Source of the DNA: Escherichia phage 4MG
Sequence record: NC_022968.1
Direction: 5' to 3' (one strand)
DNA: 64,000 nucleotides
Shown piece by piece: positions 53,379 to 61,217 of this stretch (position 1 is the first letter of the stretch; each line of letters opens with the position of its first letter). A program made the position numbers and the translations under genes. A model generated the notes under the pieces. The model was not told the DNA's origin, did no database searches, and was given only the letters and a program-made list of their open reading frames with translations.

Positions 53379-53666
53379 ATGGCTTTCCACAAGGTTGTAA
53401 AAGCGCCTGCGAAACGGGCGCATATAAAGAATTACCCACACAAGAAGTCTGAAGCGAGAGACCGAAGAGTGAAGTGGTTATGGGACTATACAAAATCACT
53501 TCTTGGGGTTATCCTCGTAAACAGCGGCTATCATAAGTTTCACTTCTACGAACAATGGAGTGCTGTGAAAAAAGAGCTTAAAGAACTCGATGCTTACGAT
53601 GAGCGAAACACCTGGCTCATTATCTCAGATGTTAAGTGGGAGCACAACAGATTTTATCGGTGGTGA
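53379..53666 (+). CDS. hypothetical basic protein (95 aa)
   Basis: Track ORF; AAGGAGAACAC SD; last gene of rightward block. Confidence 0.45.
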   Translation: MAFHKVVKAPAKRAHIKNYPHKKSEARDRRVKWLWDYTKSLLGVILVNSGYHKFHFYEQWSAVKKELKELDAYDERNTWLIISDVKWEHNRFYRW

Positions 53667-53679
53667 CCACACAAAAGGG

Positions 53680-53708
53680 TTGACGTAAACTGTCAGCCCT
53701 GTTATAGT
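53680..53708 (+). promoter_or_regulatory. sigma70-like promoter TTGACG-N17-TATAGT firing into the ORF-free island
   Basis: Hexamers read directly 14 nt after last + gene; no ORF with SD follows; coordinates +/-2. Confidence 0.45.
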
Positions 53709-54433
53709 CATTATACGCCACATCTCCTGAAGCGGGAGGATACAATCACCAGACCTGCGTGAAAGGTTGTACACCCTGTTAACATTCTGTCATGTCGATA
53801 AAACACCATTTCATAAACATATACCCCACAACATGTCGATGCTATAAACATGTCTGAAGTGACCCAGCAAATTAGCCGGGGACTAATCGCCTTGCGATAT
53901 ACCCACCCCTCCCCCGCCCGGAGGGAAACGTAAACAGGCCCCTCTCTTTGTGTTTTCTGGCACGAAAATATCCTGAAGAGGCAGGGCCTCGAAGACAGGT
54001 GTTTCTGGGCGCAATCTCTATGTCTGATGTGTTAGACGGACAATCACAGCCCCTCCGGGTTGTCAAGGATCTTTACAAAATATCTGAGAGGTCTGACCAC
54101 GAGACCCTATCGAGTTTTTGGCACGATGATTGCATGATGATTACGTGGCGCAACTAATGATTACAAGTGCAACTATTAGCAATGTGACAGTTTACACCTG
54201 TTACAGCACGATTTGCTCTTGACTTGCTTATATTTGTGTGAATGAGCCTATTTAACATAATACACGTTATGCGAACCACAGATCACCGGGAGACAGGCCA
54301 TATAGTCACATATGTTATCATTGCATCAGTGAACCATACCACAAGGCAACCAATAGCCTGCTACATGTTACCACCACGACAGTTTCACGCTGTTATTATT
54401 CATTTTGTGGGGTGTTTTGTCGATGAGAATACA

Positions 54434-54446
54434 AATGATAATCATT
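54434..54446. promoter_or_regulatory. Fur-box-like palindromic 13-mer AATGATAATCATT
   Basis: Identical to the central 13 nt of the E. coli Fur consensus GATAATGATAATCATTATC; second identical copy at 54584-54596. Confidence 0.4.
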
Positions 54447-54583
54447 CTGAATACGATTTCGATTTCAGTTTCGAAATGAAAACCATTCTCAAATGGAAAA
54501 TATTTTGTAAATCTGCCATAAAAAGCTTGACACAGAGGGAAAAATGTGTTTAGCATTTAAGCCTATCTTGAGCATCCAACCGC

Positions 54584-54596
54584 AATGATAATCATT
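54584..54596. promoter_or_regulatory. Fur-box-like palindromic 13-mer AATGATAATCATT (second copy)
   Basis: Exact repeat of 54434-54446, 150 bp away. Confidence 0.4.
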
Positions 54597-54782
54597 AACG
54601 TTAAGCCTTGCTACGCCTGGCTTTAATAGACTTTTCCTATCAATAAAAAGCTTGACAGTTTACACCTTTTCATGCTCAAGAAAACCGCTTTTCATCGGGC
54701 ATCTAGCCCGGTTTACAACATGATTAATCATGATTTGTCAATCATTAAACATGATTAAACCGCTTTTGATCTTCATAACCTG

Positions 54783-54802
54783 GCGACACAATAACACGAG
54801 GG
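54783..54802. repeat. left arm of perfect 20-bp inverted repeat GCGACACAATAACACGAGGG
   Basis: Exact reverse complement of 54976-54995; arms 173 bp apart with nested 11-bp inverted repeat. Confidence 0.7.
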
Positions 54803-54975
54803 CGATCATGCGATAGCGTGATCGGTGTTATCGTGGCGAGGTTATAAAATACTTCAACTATGCAATAGTTGCATTATGAATTATTCATTGTTCTAGTCAT
54901 CTTGTCTGTTAACGCTTAGGCGCTAACGAGCCACGATAACGCGAACGAAAACGATATTTATTATCGTTTGAGTTA

Positions 54976-54995
54976 CCCTCGTGTTATTGTGTCGC
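54976..54995. repeat. right arm of perfect 20-bp inverted repeat CCCTCGTGTTATTGTGTCGC
   Basis: Exact reverse complement of 54783-54802. Confidence 0.7.
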
Positions 54996-55131
54996 TCGCT
55001 CCGCTCGCGCCACTCACCCCGATAACGCGAACGATATTTTTATTTGACAAAAGATGATTACTATGCTCAAAAAAGACAGTTCACACAAAGGGTTAGATGA
55101 GAAAAGTTATCATTTCAGGGCTTTTGCTTCG

Positions 55132-55327
55132 TATTCACTCAATTTGCATAAAAACACGGTGTTTATTCACTTGATAACCTGCGTTATCATTTTTGGGGTG
55201 TGAGTGAGTCAAAGGCGGGTAATGATACACGATTAAACGCAATATAACGCGTTTTGAGAGGGTTTATCTGTTAGGCTTGCCGTTGTATGGCTTCAAAGAG
55301 ATCTCTTTAAATTCACTTTTTTGCATA
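55132..55327 (-). promoter_or_regulatory. regulatory cassette C: two conserved boxes (ATTCACT-N-TTGCATA type) about 179 bp apart, with AAAGAGATCTCTTT palindrome
   Basis: Boxes at about 55132-55150 and 55311-55327; paralogous to cassettes at 56538-56732 and 61218-61414. Confidence 0.5.
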
Positions 55328-55376
55328 AAGACGGGTAAAGATTTAGTGTTTTGTTTGGGGTGTTGGTATGATATGC

Positions 55377-55400
55377 AAAAAGCCGGGGATTATCCCGGCC
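55377..55400 (-). terminator. intrinsic terminator of leftward block (GCCGGGGA-UUA-UCCCGGC + UUUUU on minus strand)
   Basis: Hairpin and U-run immediately downstream of last minus gene (stop at 55420). Confidence 0.6.
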
Positions 55401-55419
55401 TTACTTGGTGTGACTTTGA

Positions 55420-55635
55420 TCAGATAAACATTGCAGCATAATGATCGTAAAGGTCTTGCGCTTGTCTGGCAGGCCAGCGGCTTTCATCCACCGGGACACG
55501 TAGATCAATCGGGCGGCGATCTTTCAATCCGTTAACATGAAAAAATGTTTCACCTGTAAGCTGTACGATCTCCAGTTTAACGAGGTTGTCAGAATCTTTT
55601 ACGGTCTGCTGAATGAGAATAGTAGTCATTTGCAA
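55420..55635 (-). CDS. hypothetical protein (71 aa)
   Basis: Track ORF; coupled to upstream gene. Confidence 0.45.
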   Translation of the reverse strand: MQMTTILIQQTVKDSDNLVKLEIVQLTGETFFHVNGLKDRRPIDLRVPVDESRWPARQAQDLYDHYAAMFI

Positions 55636-56001
55636 TTACTCCACAATTGTGATGGTTTGACCTGGTAACAGGAAATTCCCGGTTTTATCGTCAAAAATTC
55701 CGGTTGCACTTGTTACGGTGACCGTTTCGCCTGATGTCACGATCATAACTTGGGATTCAGTTGGATAATCAAAGGTGTAAAGGCGAGGTGTTAACGGCTT
55801 GCCGCTTTCTTTCGAATAGTTAACATCATAATCATAAACGGCTTGACATTTGATCGCTACCGTTTCGGCCTTGTAATAGTGGTTATCATAGCCATAGCCA
55901 CGCATAAACGGCGCGGATATTTCCAGGACTTCACACAGCGAACCACGAAACAACATATCGCCTTTTTTCAGGTCTAAAAGGTTGATTTTCTTAAGATCCA
56001 T
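55636..56001 (-). CDS. hypothetical protein (121 aa)
   Basis: Track ORF; GAGAGG SD after stem-loop. Confidence 0.45.
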   Translation of the reverse strand: MDLKKINLLDLKKGDMLFRGSLCEVLEISAPFMRGYGYDNHYYKAETVAIKCQAVYDYDVNYSKESGKPLTPRLYTFDYPTESQVMIVTSGETVTVTSATGIFDDKTGNFLLPGQTITIVE

Positions 56002-56024
56002 TTTGTTTACCTCTCAAAGTGTAA

Positions 56025-56043
56025 CGGGGCGACTAGCGCCCCC
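56025..56043 (-). repeat. intergenic GC-rich stem-loop (CGGGGCG-ACUAG-CGCCCCG)
   Basis: Lies between stop of 56052-56429 and SD of 55636-56001. Confidence 0.5.
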
Positions 56044-56051
56044 GATGATTA

Positions 56052-56429
56052 TTACTGATAAGCGGGATCGTTGGTGATGTCGATCCAATGAGTTAAATCA
56101 ATTTTGCCTTTTTCTTTCATTTTCTCGATCAGGCGGTCGGCTAATGTCTCAGAACGAACATAAACATTCTCGCTAAAATCCTGGCCTGTTTCATCGTCGA
56201 TCATTTCGCAATATTCGATTTTACCGATGAAAGCATGATTCAAGGCGTAAGTTTTACCAGTAAACCAGTTGTGTAAATGAATCTCGCATTTATAATCATC
56301 GCTACGGCCTTCAGTAGTCATAACGTCGATCAGATCACCTTTGAAAACTGAAAGATTCCACATGAGATCTTTAGTTTTACCGCCAAAATCTTTAGTTTCT
56401 ACGGTTGAAGCCAGGTTAATGATCGACAT
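56052..56429 (-). CDS. hypothetical protein (125 aa)
   Basis: Track ORF; AAGAGG SD; first gene after cassette D. Confidence 0.45.
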   Translation of the reverse strand: MSIINLASTVETKDFGGKTKDLMWNLSVFKGDLIDVMTTEGRSDDYKCEIHLHNWFTGKTYALNHAFIGKIEYCEMIDDETGQDFSENVYVRSETLADRLIEKMKEKGKIDLTHWIDITNDPAYQ

Positions 56430-56485
56430 TTGATTTACCTCTTAGTCTGTTTTGTTTGATTTCGTTTGTTTGCCCTACGAGATAA

Positions 56486-56514
56486 ATATTACTATAGGGG
56501 GATCAGCACGTCAA
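56486..56514 (-). promoter_or_regulatory. sigma70-like promoter on minus strand, TTGACG-N17-TAATAT
   Basis: Read on reverse complement; about 50 nt upstream of ATG at 56429 and about 25 nt downstream of conserved box. Confidence 0.5.
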
Positions 56515-56537
56515 TAGCTCTTTACATAACTTTACAC

Positions 56538-56732
56538 TATTCACTGTTTGCATCTTTATGCATCGCTATGCAATTCATTTCATGGTGAAATTACTTTTTA
56601 GGCGTTTTTCCGTGTCAAGCTATTTTTATATAGCCTTTAAACGTCCTGTAACGCGTTTTAAGCGGTTTTGCGTCCAGGCTGTACCCTAGCCCGTTTTAAC
56701 GGAGATCTCCCCATATTCACTATTTTGCATAG
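56538..56732 (-). promoter_or_regulatory. regulatory cassette D: two conserved boxes about 175 bp apart, with GGAGATCTCC palindrome and Fur-box-like motifs nearby
   Basis: Boxes at about 56538-56553 and 56713-56732; internal segment shares AACGCGTTTTAAGCGG-like motif with cassettes C and E. Confidence 0.5.
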
Positions 56733-56884
56733 GATTTGAGGGTGTAGTGATAATCATTCTCATCGCCCAGCGATTAGCCCCCGGCTAACTATCTAAATGA
56801 TAGTGATTCTCATTACCGGAATAACAGGCACCTCCGGTGGCTTTCCTCCGGTGTCCATCGTTGCCGCTTCCACAAAAGAATAAC

Positions 56885-56912
56885 AAAAACCGGGACAGAA
56901 AACAAGCCCCGG
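56885..56912 (-). terminator. candidate intrinsic terminator on minus strand (CCGGGG...CCCGG hairpin + UUUUU)
   Basis: Immediately downstream of stop of 56926-57243; loop is long (about 13 nt), so weaker call. Confidence 0.35.
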
Positions 56913-56925
56913 AATTGTAAAGATT

Positions 56926-57243
56926 TTAGCGGATATTTATCCCGGCGGGTAGCCAGTAGCCAGAATAATGATCATGAGGTGTGAACCCGTGGGACGGCTT
57001 TATATATGTAACTGATAACCATTCTCGATCATCCAGATAAAGCGCCTCATCTATTGCCACCACAAAACACAATTCACCTTCACGATCTTTAACGGTTGCG
57101 ATAGCGTGTTTTTCTATCGCCTTTTCAAGTGCAGCCAGGCCGCGCCGGAATTGTTCCGGGCGTGTGCGGTAACCTAAGTTATCCTCAGGGCAAAGTCTGT
57201 TTAAGGTAGCCCAGCTAACCGCAATCATTTTTTGAAGTGTCAT
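56926..57243 (-). CDS. hypothetical protein (105 aa)
   Basis: Internal ATG of track ORF with AAGAGG SD; abuts stop of upstream gene. Confidence 0.4.
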   Translation of the reverse strand: MTLQKMIAVSWATLNRLCPEDNLGYRTRPEQFRRGLAALEKAIEKHAIATVKDREGELCFVVAIDEALYLDDREWLSVTYIKPSHGFTPHDHYSGYWLPAGINIR

Positions 57244-57253
57244 TGTCTGCCTC

Positions 57254-57730
57254 TTATCTGTAACGGTGCATTGATTCACGATAGACCGATCCGCCGTCGA
57301 ACTTCTCCGCACTTCTCAGGGCGTCCACTAGCTCGCACATTTTGCGGAGTACATACGAACAATGATCATTAAAGTCAATGGCTTTTTTAATCATTTCCTC
57401 TTTACTCTCCCCATCAATAAAGACAAGTTGATCAAGGGCGTTATAGTGATCAAGCCAGGCGCGGATCGCGTCATGCTCCAGGGGGCGATCTGTCTGGCTA
57501 AAACTTGACAGGCCGAAAGATTCAAAAGTGTTTACATTGTCCATTAATTCATCATAAGCGGTTTCCCAGCTACTAGCCCAGAACTCAACCGCATCAGATT
57601 GAAAATCAGGATCATCAGGGTCAATAAAACAGATTGAAAAAAGTTGCAGGCCTTCACGCTTTGTTAAGGTATAGCGAGCACTATCAAGGGCGCGTGTTTT
57701 GGTGTCTTCTGGGGTGATTTCATATTTCAT
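57254..57730 (-). CDS. hypothetical acidic protein (about 158 aa)
   Basis: Frame of track ORF; start chosen at MKYEITPED; start uncertain. Confidence 0.4.
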   Translation of the reverse strand: MKYEITPEDTKTRALDSARYTLTKREGLQLFSICFIDPDDPDFQSDAVEFWASSWETAYDELMDNVNTFESFGLSSFSQTDRPLEHDAIRAWLDHYNALDQLVFIDGESKEEMIKKAIDFNDHCSYVLRKMCELVDALRSAEKFDGGSVYRESMHRYR

Positions 57731-57872
57731 TCTTTGATACCTATAAACGGAAAATGTGAGAGATCTGCGGGGCGTAAGTGTTGACTTTGAACCCATTCAC
57801 CAGACATCAGAGCCAGGACACGGGAACCGCGCCAGCGGTAGCGATTCCCATTCAAAAGGTTAACGTAAATGA

Positions 57873-58100
57873 TCATGCGCCGTAAAGACCATCACTATTA
57901 AAATCATCCTCAAAAGAGGCCAAGTATTCGAAAAATTCAAACTCCATCGCGACAACATGTTTAACCAAATCAGCATTTTTGTATTCAGCCGGGGACAGGC
58001 GGATCGGCGCGTCACTATATAGATCCGTAAGTTCGATGTATTCCCCGACCTTTTGAGCGGTTACCGTGTTTTTCTTGTTGTCGAAAATTACTTGTTTCAT
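57873..58100 (-). CDS. hypothetical protein (75 aa)
   Basis: Track ORF. Confidence 0.45.
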   Translation of the reverse strand: MKQVIFDNKKNTVTAQKVGEYIELTDLYSDAPIRLSPAEYKNADLVKHVVAMEFEFFEYLASFEDDFNSDGLYGA

Positions 58101-58321
58101 GATATACGCTCAATAATAATGATTGCTTGCGGGATAGAATCAGGAGTAACGATCAGGGCTTTTGATTGACGAATTTTAAAGCCTAGTTTCGCTTTGCACA
58201 CCGTGGCGGTCATTTTCCGCATTTCAGGATCTACGTTTGCACCTTCACAGAACCATACAGCCTTTTCACCTGCGATAAGGTTGCGTAAAAATTCAGTTTG
58301 CCCGGTTTGATTCTTTAACAT
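58097..58321 (-). CDS. hypothetical protein (74 aa)
   Basis: Track ORF; AAAGGTAAAC SD after stem-loop. Confidence 0.45.
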   Translation of the reverse strand: MLKNQTGQTEFLRNLIAGEKAVWFCEGANVDPEMRKMTATVCKAKLGFKIRQSKALIVTPDSIPQAIIIIERIS

Positions 58322-58342
58322 TTCGTTTACCTTTCAAAGTAT

Positions 58343-58361
58343 GCCGGGGACGTTCCCCGGC
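58343..58361 (-). repeat. intergenic stem-loop GCCGGGGA-CGU-UCCCCGGC
   Basis: Perfect 8-bp stem, about 20 nt upstream of ATG at 58321. Confidence 0.55.
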
Positions 58362-58368
58362 TTGCTGA

Positions 58369-58629
58369 TTAGATTGATTTTTCGATATCGGCTAAAATCT
58401 CTTTTGCAAGAGTATAGTTTACATTCAGATCCCGCGCTATGTCTTCGGCTAACAGTTTACGACCTACGTTACCGAAACTTAACATTCTTTTAACTTCTGG
58501 TAACCCTTTGCCCCAATAGTTATAGCAGGAATCACCGATATATTTTGAGTAAAACGCGTTATCGTTGCGAACTCCACCTAAAACAGCGACATTAACAGAG
58601 ATAACGTGTTTAAAATTGTGCTTTTCCAT
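58369..58629 (-). CDS. hypothetical protein (86 aa)
   Basis: Track ORF; AAAGGTAAAC SD after stem-loop. Confidence 0.45.
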   Translation of the reverse strand: MEKHNFKHVISVNVAVLGGVRNDNAFYSKYIGDSCYNYWGKGLPEVKRMLSFGNVGRKLLAEDIARDLNVNYTLAKEILADIEKSI

Positions 58630-58649
58630 TTTGTTTACCTTTTCGGCTT

Positions 58650-58670
58650 GCCGGGGAGGTATTCCCCGGC
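58650..58670 (-). repeat. intergenic stem-loop GCCGGGGA-GGUAU-UCCCCGGC
   Basis: Perfect 8-bp stem, about 20 nt upstream of ATG at 58629. Confidence 0.55.
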
Positions 58671-58714
58671 CTCAAAAAGATATTAACCGATCCGCGCCTT
58701 GCTTGCAAGCGTTT

Positions 58715-59059
58715 TTATTCATCTTCCCCGTAATCATCGCCAATGTTGAAAATGTCCAGCATATCACCAGCAGCGATCCACAGCAGGTACATTTCCAGGG
58801 TATGGCGATCCATATTATCGATCCCGTCTACCCCTTCACGCTCGATCCCGGTTTCAGCCAGATAATCCCGGATCATTTGATCGGTGTAGGCGCTAAACTG
58901 TAAACCGTCCCGGAAATAGGGCAGGGCTTCAACGGTGGAGGCTTCACAATCCCCAGAGTGGGCGATCTCTTCTACCTGGTCACGGTCACGGAAAATCAGA
59001 CACAACCGACCACAGGAGGAAGACCAATAAACGTTTTTCTTTTTCATGATTAAGCCCAC
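58715..59059 (-). CDS. hypothetical acidic protein (114 aa)
   Basis: Track ORF. Confidence 0.45.
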   Translation of the reverse strand: MGLIMKKKNVYWSSSCGRLCLIFRDRDQVEEIAHSGDCEASTVEALPYFRDGLQFSAYTDQMIRDYLAETGIEREGVDGIDNMDRHTLEMYLLWIAAGDMLDIFNIGDDYGEDE

Positions 59060-59283
59060 ACTTTAGCATAAGAGAAGAGATCGGAAATATAGCCACGATA
59101 CCCGCCGCGCTTGTGATTGCTTGCGTTATTCTTCCAGGCAACAACCACAGATCCCGAACGTTTTACACCACAGAAGATCCCGCGATCCCCACCTTTTCCG
59201 GCTTCTACCCATTGCCCCGGCTGCAATTTTGCAACGTTGGTTTGAGCGTCCCAGATATCCACGGTTTTAGTGTATCGTGCCAT
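59050..59283 (-). CDS. hypothetical protein (77 aa)
   Basis: Track ORF; AAAGGTAAAT SD after stem-loop. Confidence 0.45.
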   Translation of the reverse strand: MARYTKTVDIWDAQTNVAKLQPGQWVEAGKGGDRGIFCGVKRSGSVVVAWKNNASNHKRGGYRGYISDLFSYAKVWA

Positions 59284-59303
59284 AATATTTACCTTTCATT
59301 ATG

Positions 59304-59323
59304 ACCGGGGACAATCCCCGGCC
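59304..59323 (-). repeat. intergenic stem-loop CCGGGGA-CAA-UCCCCGG
   Basis: About 20 nt upstream of ATG at 59283; followed on minus strand by CATAAT. Confidence 0.55.
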
Positions 59324-59335
59324 TGTTAGAATACT

Positions 59336-59677
59336 TTAGCCGATCTGGTTTTCAGAGTCAACCGGGAAAACATCATTTACAATCTCAACAACTACCGCGA
59401 AAACATCCAGAGCATCACGGATCGGCAGGCTATCCGCTTGCTTTACATAGCCTTTCACGCTTTCAAGCTGATAAGAGATGTAATGAGCTTTGCAGGGTTT
59501 TTGTGTGCCGTGATCAATGCTGTTTTCCGTGCGGATCATGATATCCAGGCGATCCCCGTTCACAGCGTCATTGATATGACAAAAACGCAATAACGTTTTA
59601 TCATCGAAACGACGAAAATCACATTTTGCTTTGTCAGTAACGCCAGCCAGGAAGAAAAATTTATTTGCCAGTTCCAT
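59336..59677 (-). CDS. hypothetical protein (113 aa)
   Basis: Track ORF; GAGG SD. Confidence 0.45.
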   Translation of the reverse strand: MELANKFFFLAGVTDKAKCDFRRFDDKTLLRFCHINDAVNGDRLDIMIRTENSIDHGTQKPCKAHYISYQLESVKGYVKQADSLPIRDALDVFAVVVEIVNDVFPVDSENQIG

Positions 59678-59692
59678 TTTTAAAACCTCGTT

Positions 59693-59809
59693 TTAGAATA
59701 AAGATAATAACAGCAGGAAGATCACGAAAGACCACACCAGACGACACATGATCCGCGCCTCAGTGTAAACCGGGTTTTCGGTAGTGTATTCTACTTTGTA
59801 ACCTTTCAT
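59693..59809 (-). CDS. tiny membrane peptide (38 aa)
   Basis: Not in track; GAGGTG SD; hydrophobic C-terminus LVWSFVIFLLLLSLF. Confidence 0.3.
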   Translation of the reverse strand: MKGYKVEYTTENPVYTEARIMCRLVWSFVIFLLLLSLF

Positions 59810-59826
59810 GATTCACCTCACCAGGT

Positions 59827-59847
59827 GACCGGGAACCGCTCCCGGCC
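59827..59847 (-). repeat. intergenic stem-loop CCGGGA-ACCGC-UCCCGG
   Basis: Between 59889-60185 and the 59693-59809 peptide ORF. Confidence 0.5.
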
Positions 59848-59888
59848 TTGTCTGATAATTATTGATCAACCGTTCCCCGTTGTCAAAT

Positions 59889-60185
59889 TTATTTTTTGGC
59901 CTCTTGTGTGGCGTACATTTCAACCAAACTTTGAGCGCTCAAATTATCCACAAAAAAGGATGTCACGGCAACCGCCGGATCACCTTCCACGGCTTCACCT
60001 TCCGGCATTGGTTCGACTTCCGGCGATGGTATGCAAGCCGGATTAATCCAGCGGCGATCCTCGGAATAGCCACGCGCTACAATGTAGCAGGTTAGCGGAT
60101 CGTCGTATGATTCAACAATAAAATCATCACACTGTTTAAGCGCAAGGGCGCTATAAAAACACATTCCGGCGAATACTTCAAACAT
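59889..60185 (-). CDS. hypothetical protein (98 aa)
   Basis: Track ORF. Confidence 0.45.
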   Translation of the reverse strand: MFEVFAGMCFYSALALKQCDDFIVESYDDPLTCYIVARGYSEDRRWINPACIPSPEVEPMPEGEAVEGDPAVAVTSFFVDNLSAQSLVEMYATQEAKK

Positions 60186-60194
60186 GATCTTTAC

Positions 60195-60413
60195 CTACTT
60201 TTTGAGGGTGAGGATAGGGCGTTTATCGCCTTCTTTAACTCCGGGATCTAGCTCATCACAGATCCCGATCTGCTCGCCTTTGCCTAACGTGTATTCGTTT
60301 TCGTACACGTTGCAAGCCTGCTCGGTGGGGAATGTTTTTTTAACATCCCAGCTACATTCTAACTTCATTGAAGTTAGCGAGATATGGCAGGCCATAACGA
60401 TAAACCCGAACAT
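60195..60413 (-). CDS. hypothetical protein (72 aa)
   Basis: Track ORF. Confidence 0.45.
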   Translation of the reverse strand: MFGFIVMACHISLTSMKLECSWDVKKTFPTEQACNVYENEYTLGKGEQIGICDELDPGVKEGDKRPILTLKK

Positions 60414-60649
60414 TACGCCACCTCTTCAAAAGTCGATTCCCAGGCCCCGTGATAATCAACGCCGTTTTCGGTGTCCTCATCACAAGAGTGGATATTATCA
60501 AAAAGTTCGCCGGATGTATAGCCCTCATTCAACATTTCGAAAATTCTTTCTTGTGCTGATTCTTCTAAAAAATCCGCGTGGCGGTCTAATACTTCACCGT
60601 TATTATCTGACTTTTTCCACCAATAAGAGATTTTGATTTCGCGTTTCAT
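60413..60649 (-). CDS. hypothetical acidic protein (78 aa)
   Basis: Internal ATG (MKREIKISYWW) of track ORF with GGAG SD. Confidence 0.4.
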   Translation of the reverse strand: MKREIKISYWWKKSDNNGEVLDRHADFLEESAQERIFEMLNEGYTSGELFDNIHSCDEDTENGVDYHGAWESTFEEVA

Positions 60650-60756
60650 TTTTCGGACTCCAGAATGATATGGATAGCGACAACAGAGCAAGCCGCTACG
60701 ATGAAAGATACCAGCGCCGCCACACACCAAAGGTTTGTATAATCTAACATTTTCAT
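60646..60756 (-). CDS. tiny membrane peptide (36 aa)
   Basis: Not in track; AGAGAGG SD; ATGA overlap with downstream gene. Confidence 0.35.
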   Translation of the reverse strand: MKMLDYTNLWCVAALVSFIVAACSVVAIHIILESEK

Positions 60757-60826
60757 TACCTCTCTTTAAGTGGTGGCATTATTGCCGCCTATGAATAAAG
60801 ATACCATAAGCGGCGCAGATTGCAAG

Positions 60827-61117
60827 TTATTTTTTGATCTGGTTTGTGCGGTTATAGTCCTCATACCGTACACGGGACACGGTGACCGATTGAGGGAGGA
60901 GGCAACGCACACGATCCGCGCGGTTGTCATATTTCTGGATATGTGCCGGGGTATTGTTGCGGGTAAACTTCACGCGTAAACGTAATTTTGTTGGATCACG
61001 GTCATCGATCCCGGTGACCACACCGAACCCAATTTGACCATAATTATGATAAACCATTTTGCCCAAGTATTTGTTTTCAAGAGCATTTTTAGTCAGAGCA
61101 TTCATTACTTTACACAT
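60827..61117 (-). CDS. hypothetical protein (96 aa)
   Basis: Track ORF; AAAAGGTAAAT SD; first gene after cassette E. Confidence 0.45.
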   Translation of the reverse strand: MCKVMNALTKNALENKYLGKMVYHNYGQIGFGVVTGIDDRDPTKLRLRVKFTRNNTPAHIQKYDNRADRVRCLLPQSVTVSRVRYEDYNRTNQIKK

Positions 61118-61168
61118 GATATTTACCTTTTGGTTGTGTGGGCTTCACTATGTCGCCCTACGTGTTAA

Positions 61169-61196
61169 ATATTAACAGATTCACGCCAGGACGCAA
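61169..61196 (-). promoter_or_regulatory. sigma70-like promoter on minus strand, TTGCGT-N16-TAATAT
   Basis: Read on reverse complement; about 50 nt upstream of ATG at 61117, downstream of conserved box. Confidence 0.45.
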
Positions 61197-61217
61197 GAAA
61201 ATTATTAAATCTTTACA

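Noticed and set aside
54242-54553. Track ORF (103 aa) inside the ORF-free island
   Set aside because: No SD upstream, His/Cys/Phe-rich improbable sequence, overlaps Fur-box-like repeats; treated as non-coding
54783-54995. Inverted-repeat element as an IS/MITE with transposase
   Set aside because: No transposase ORF and no flanking direct target duplication seen; mobile origin remains possible but unsupported
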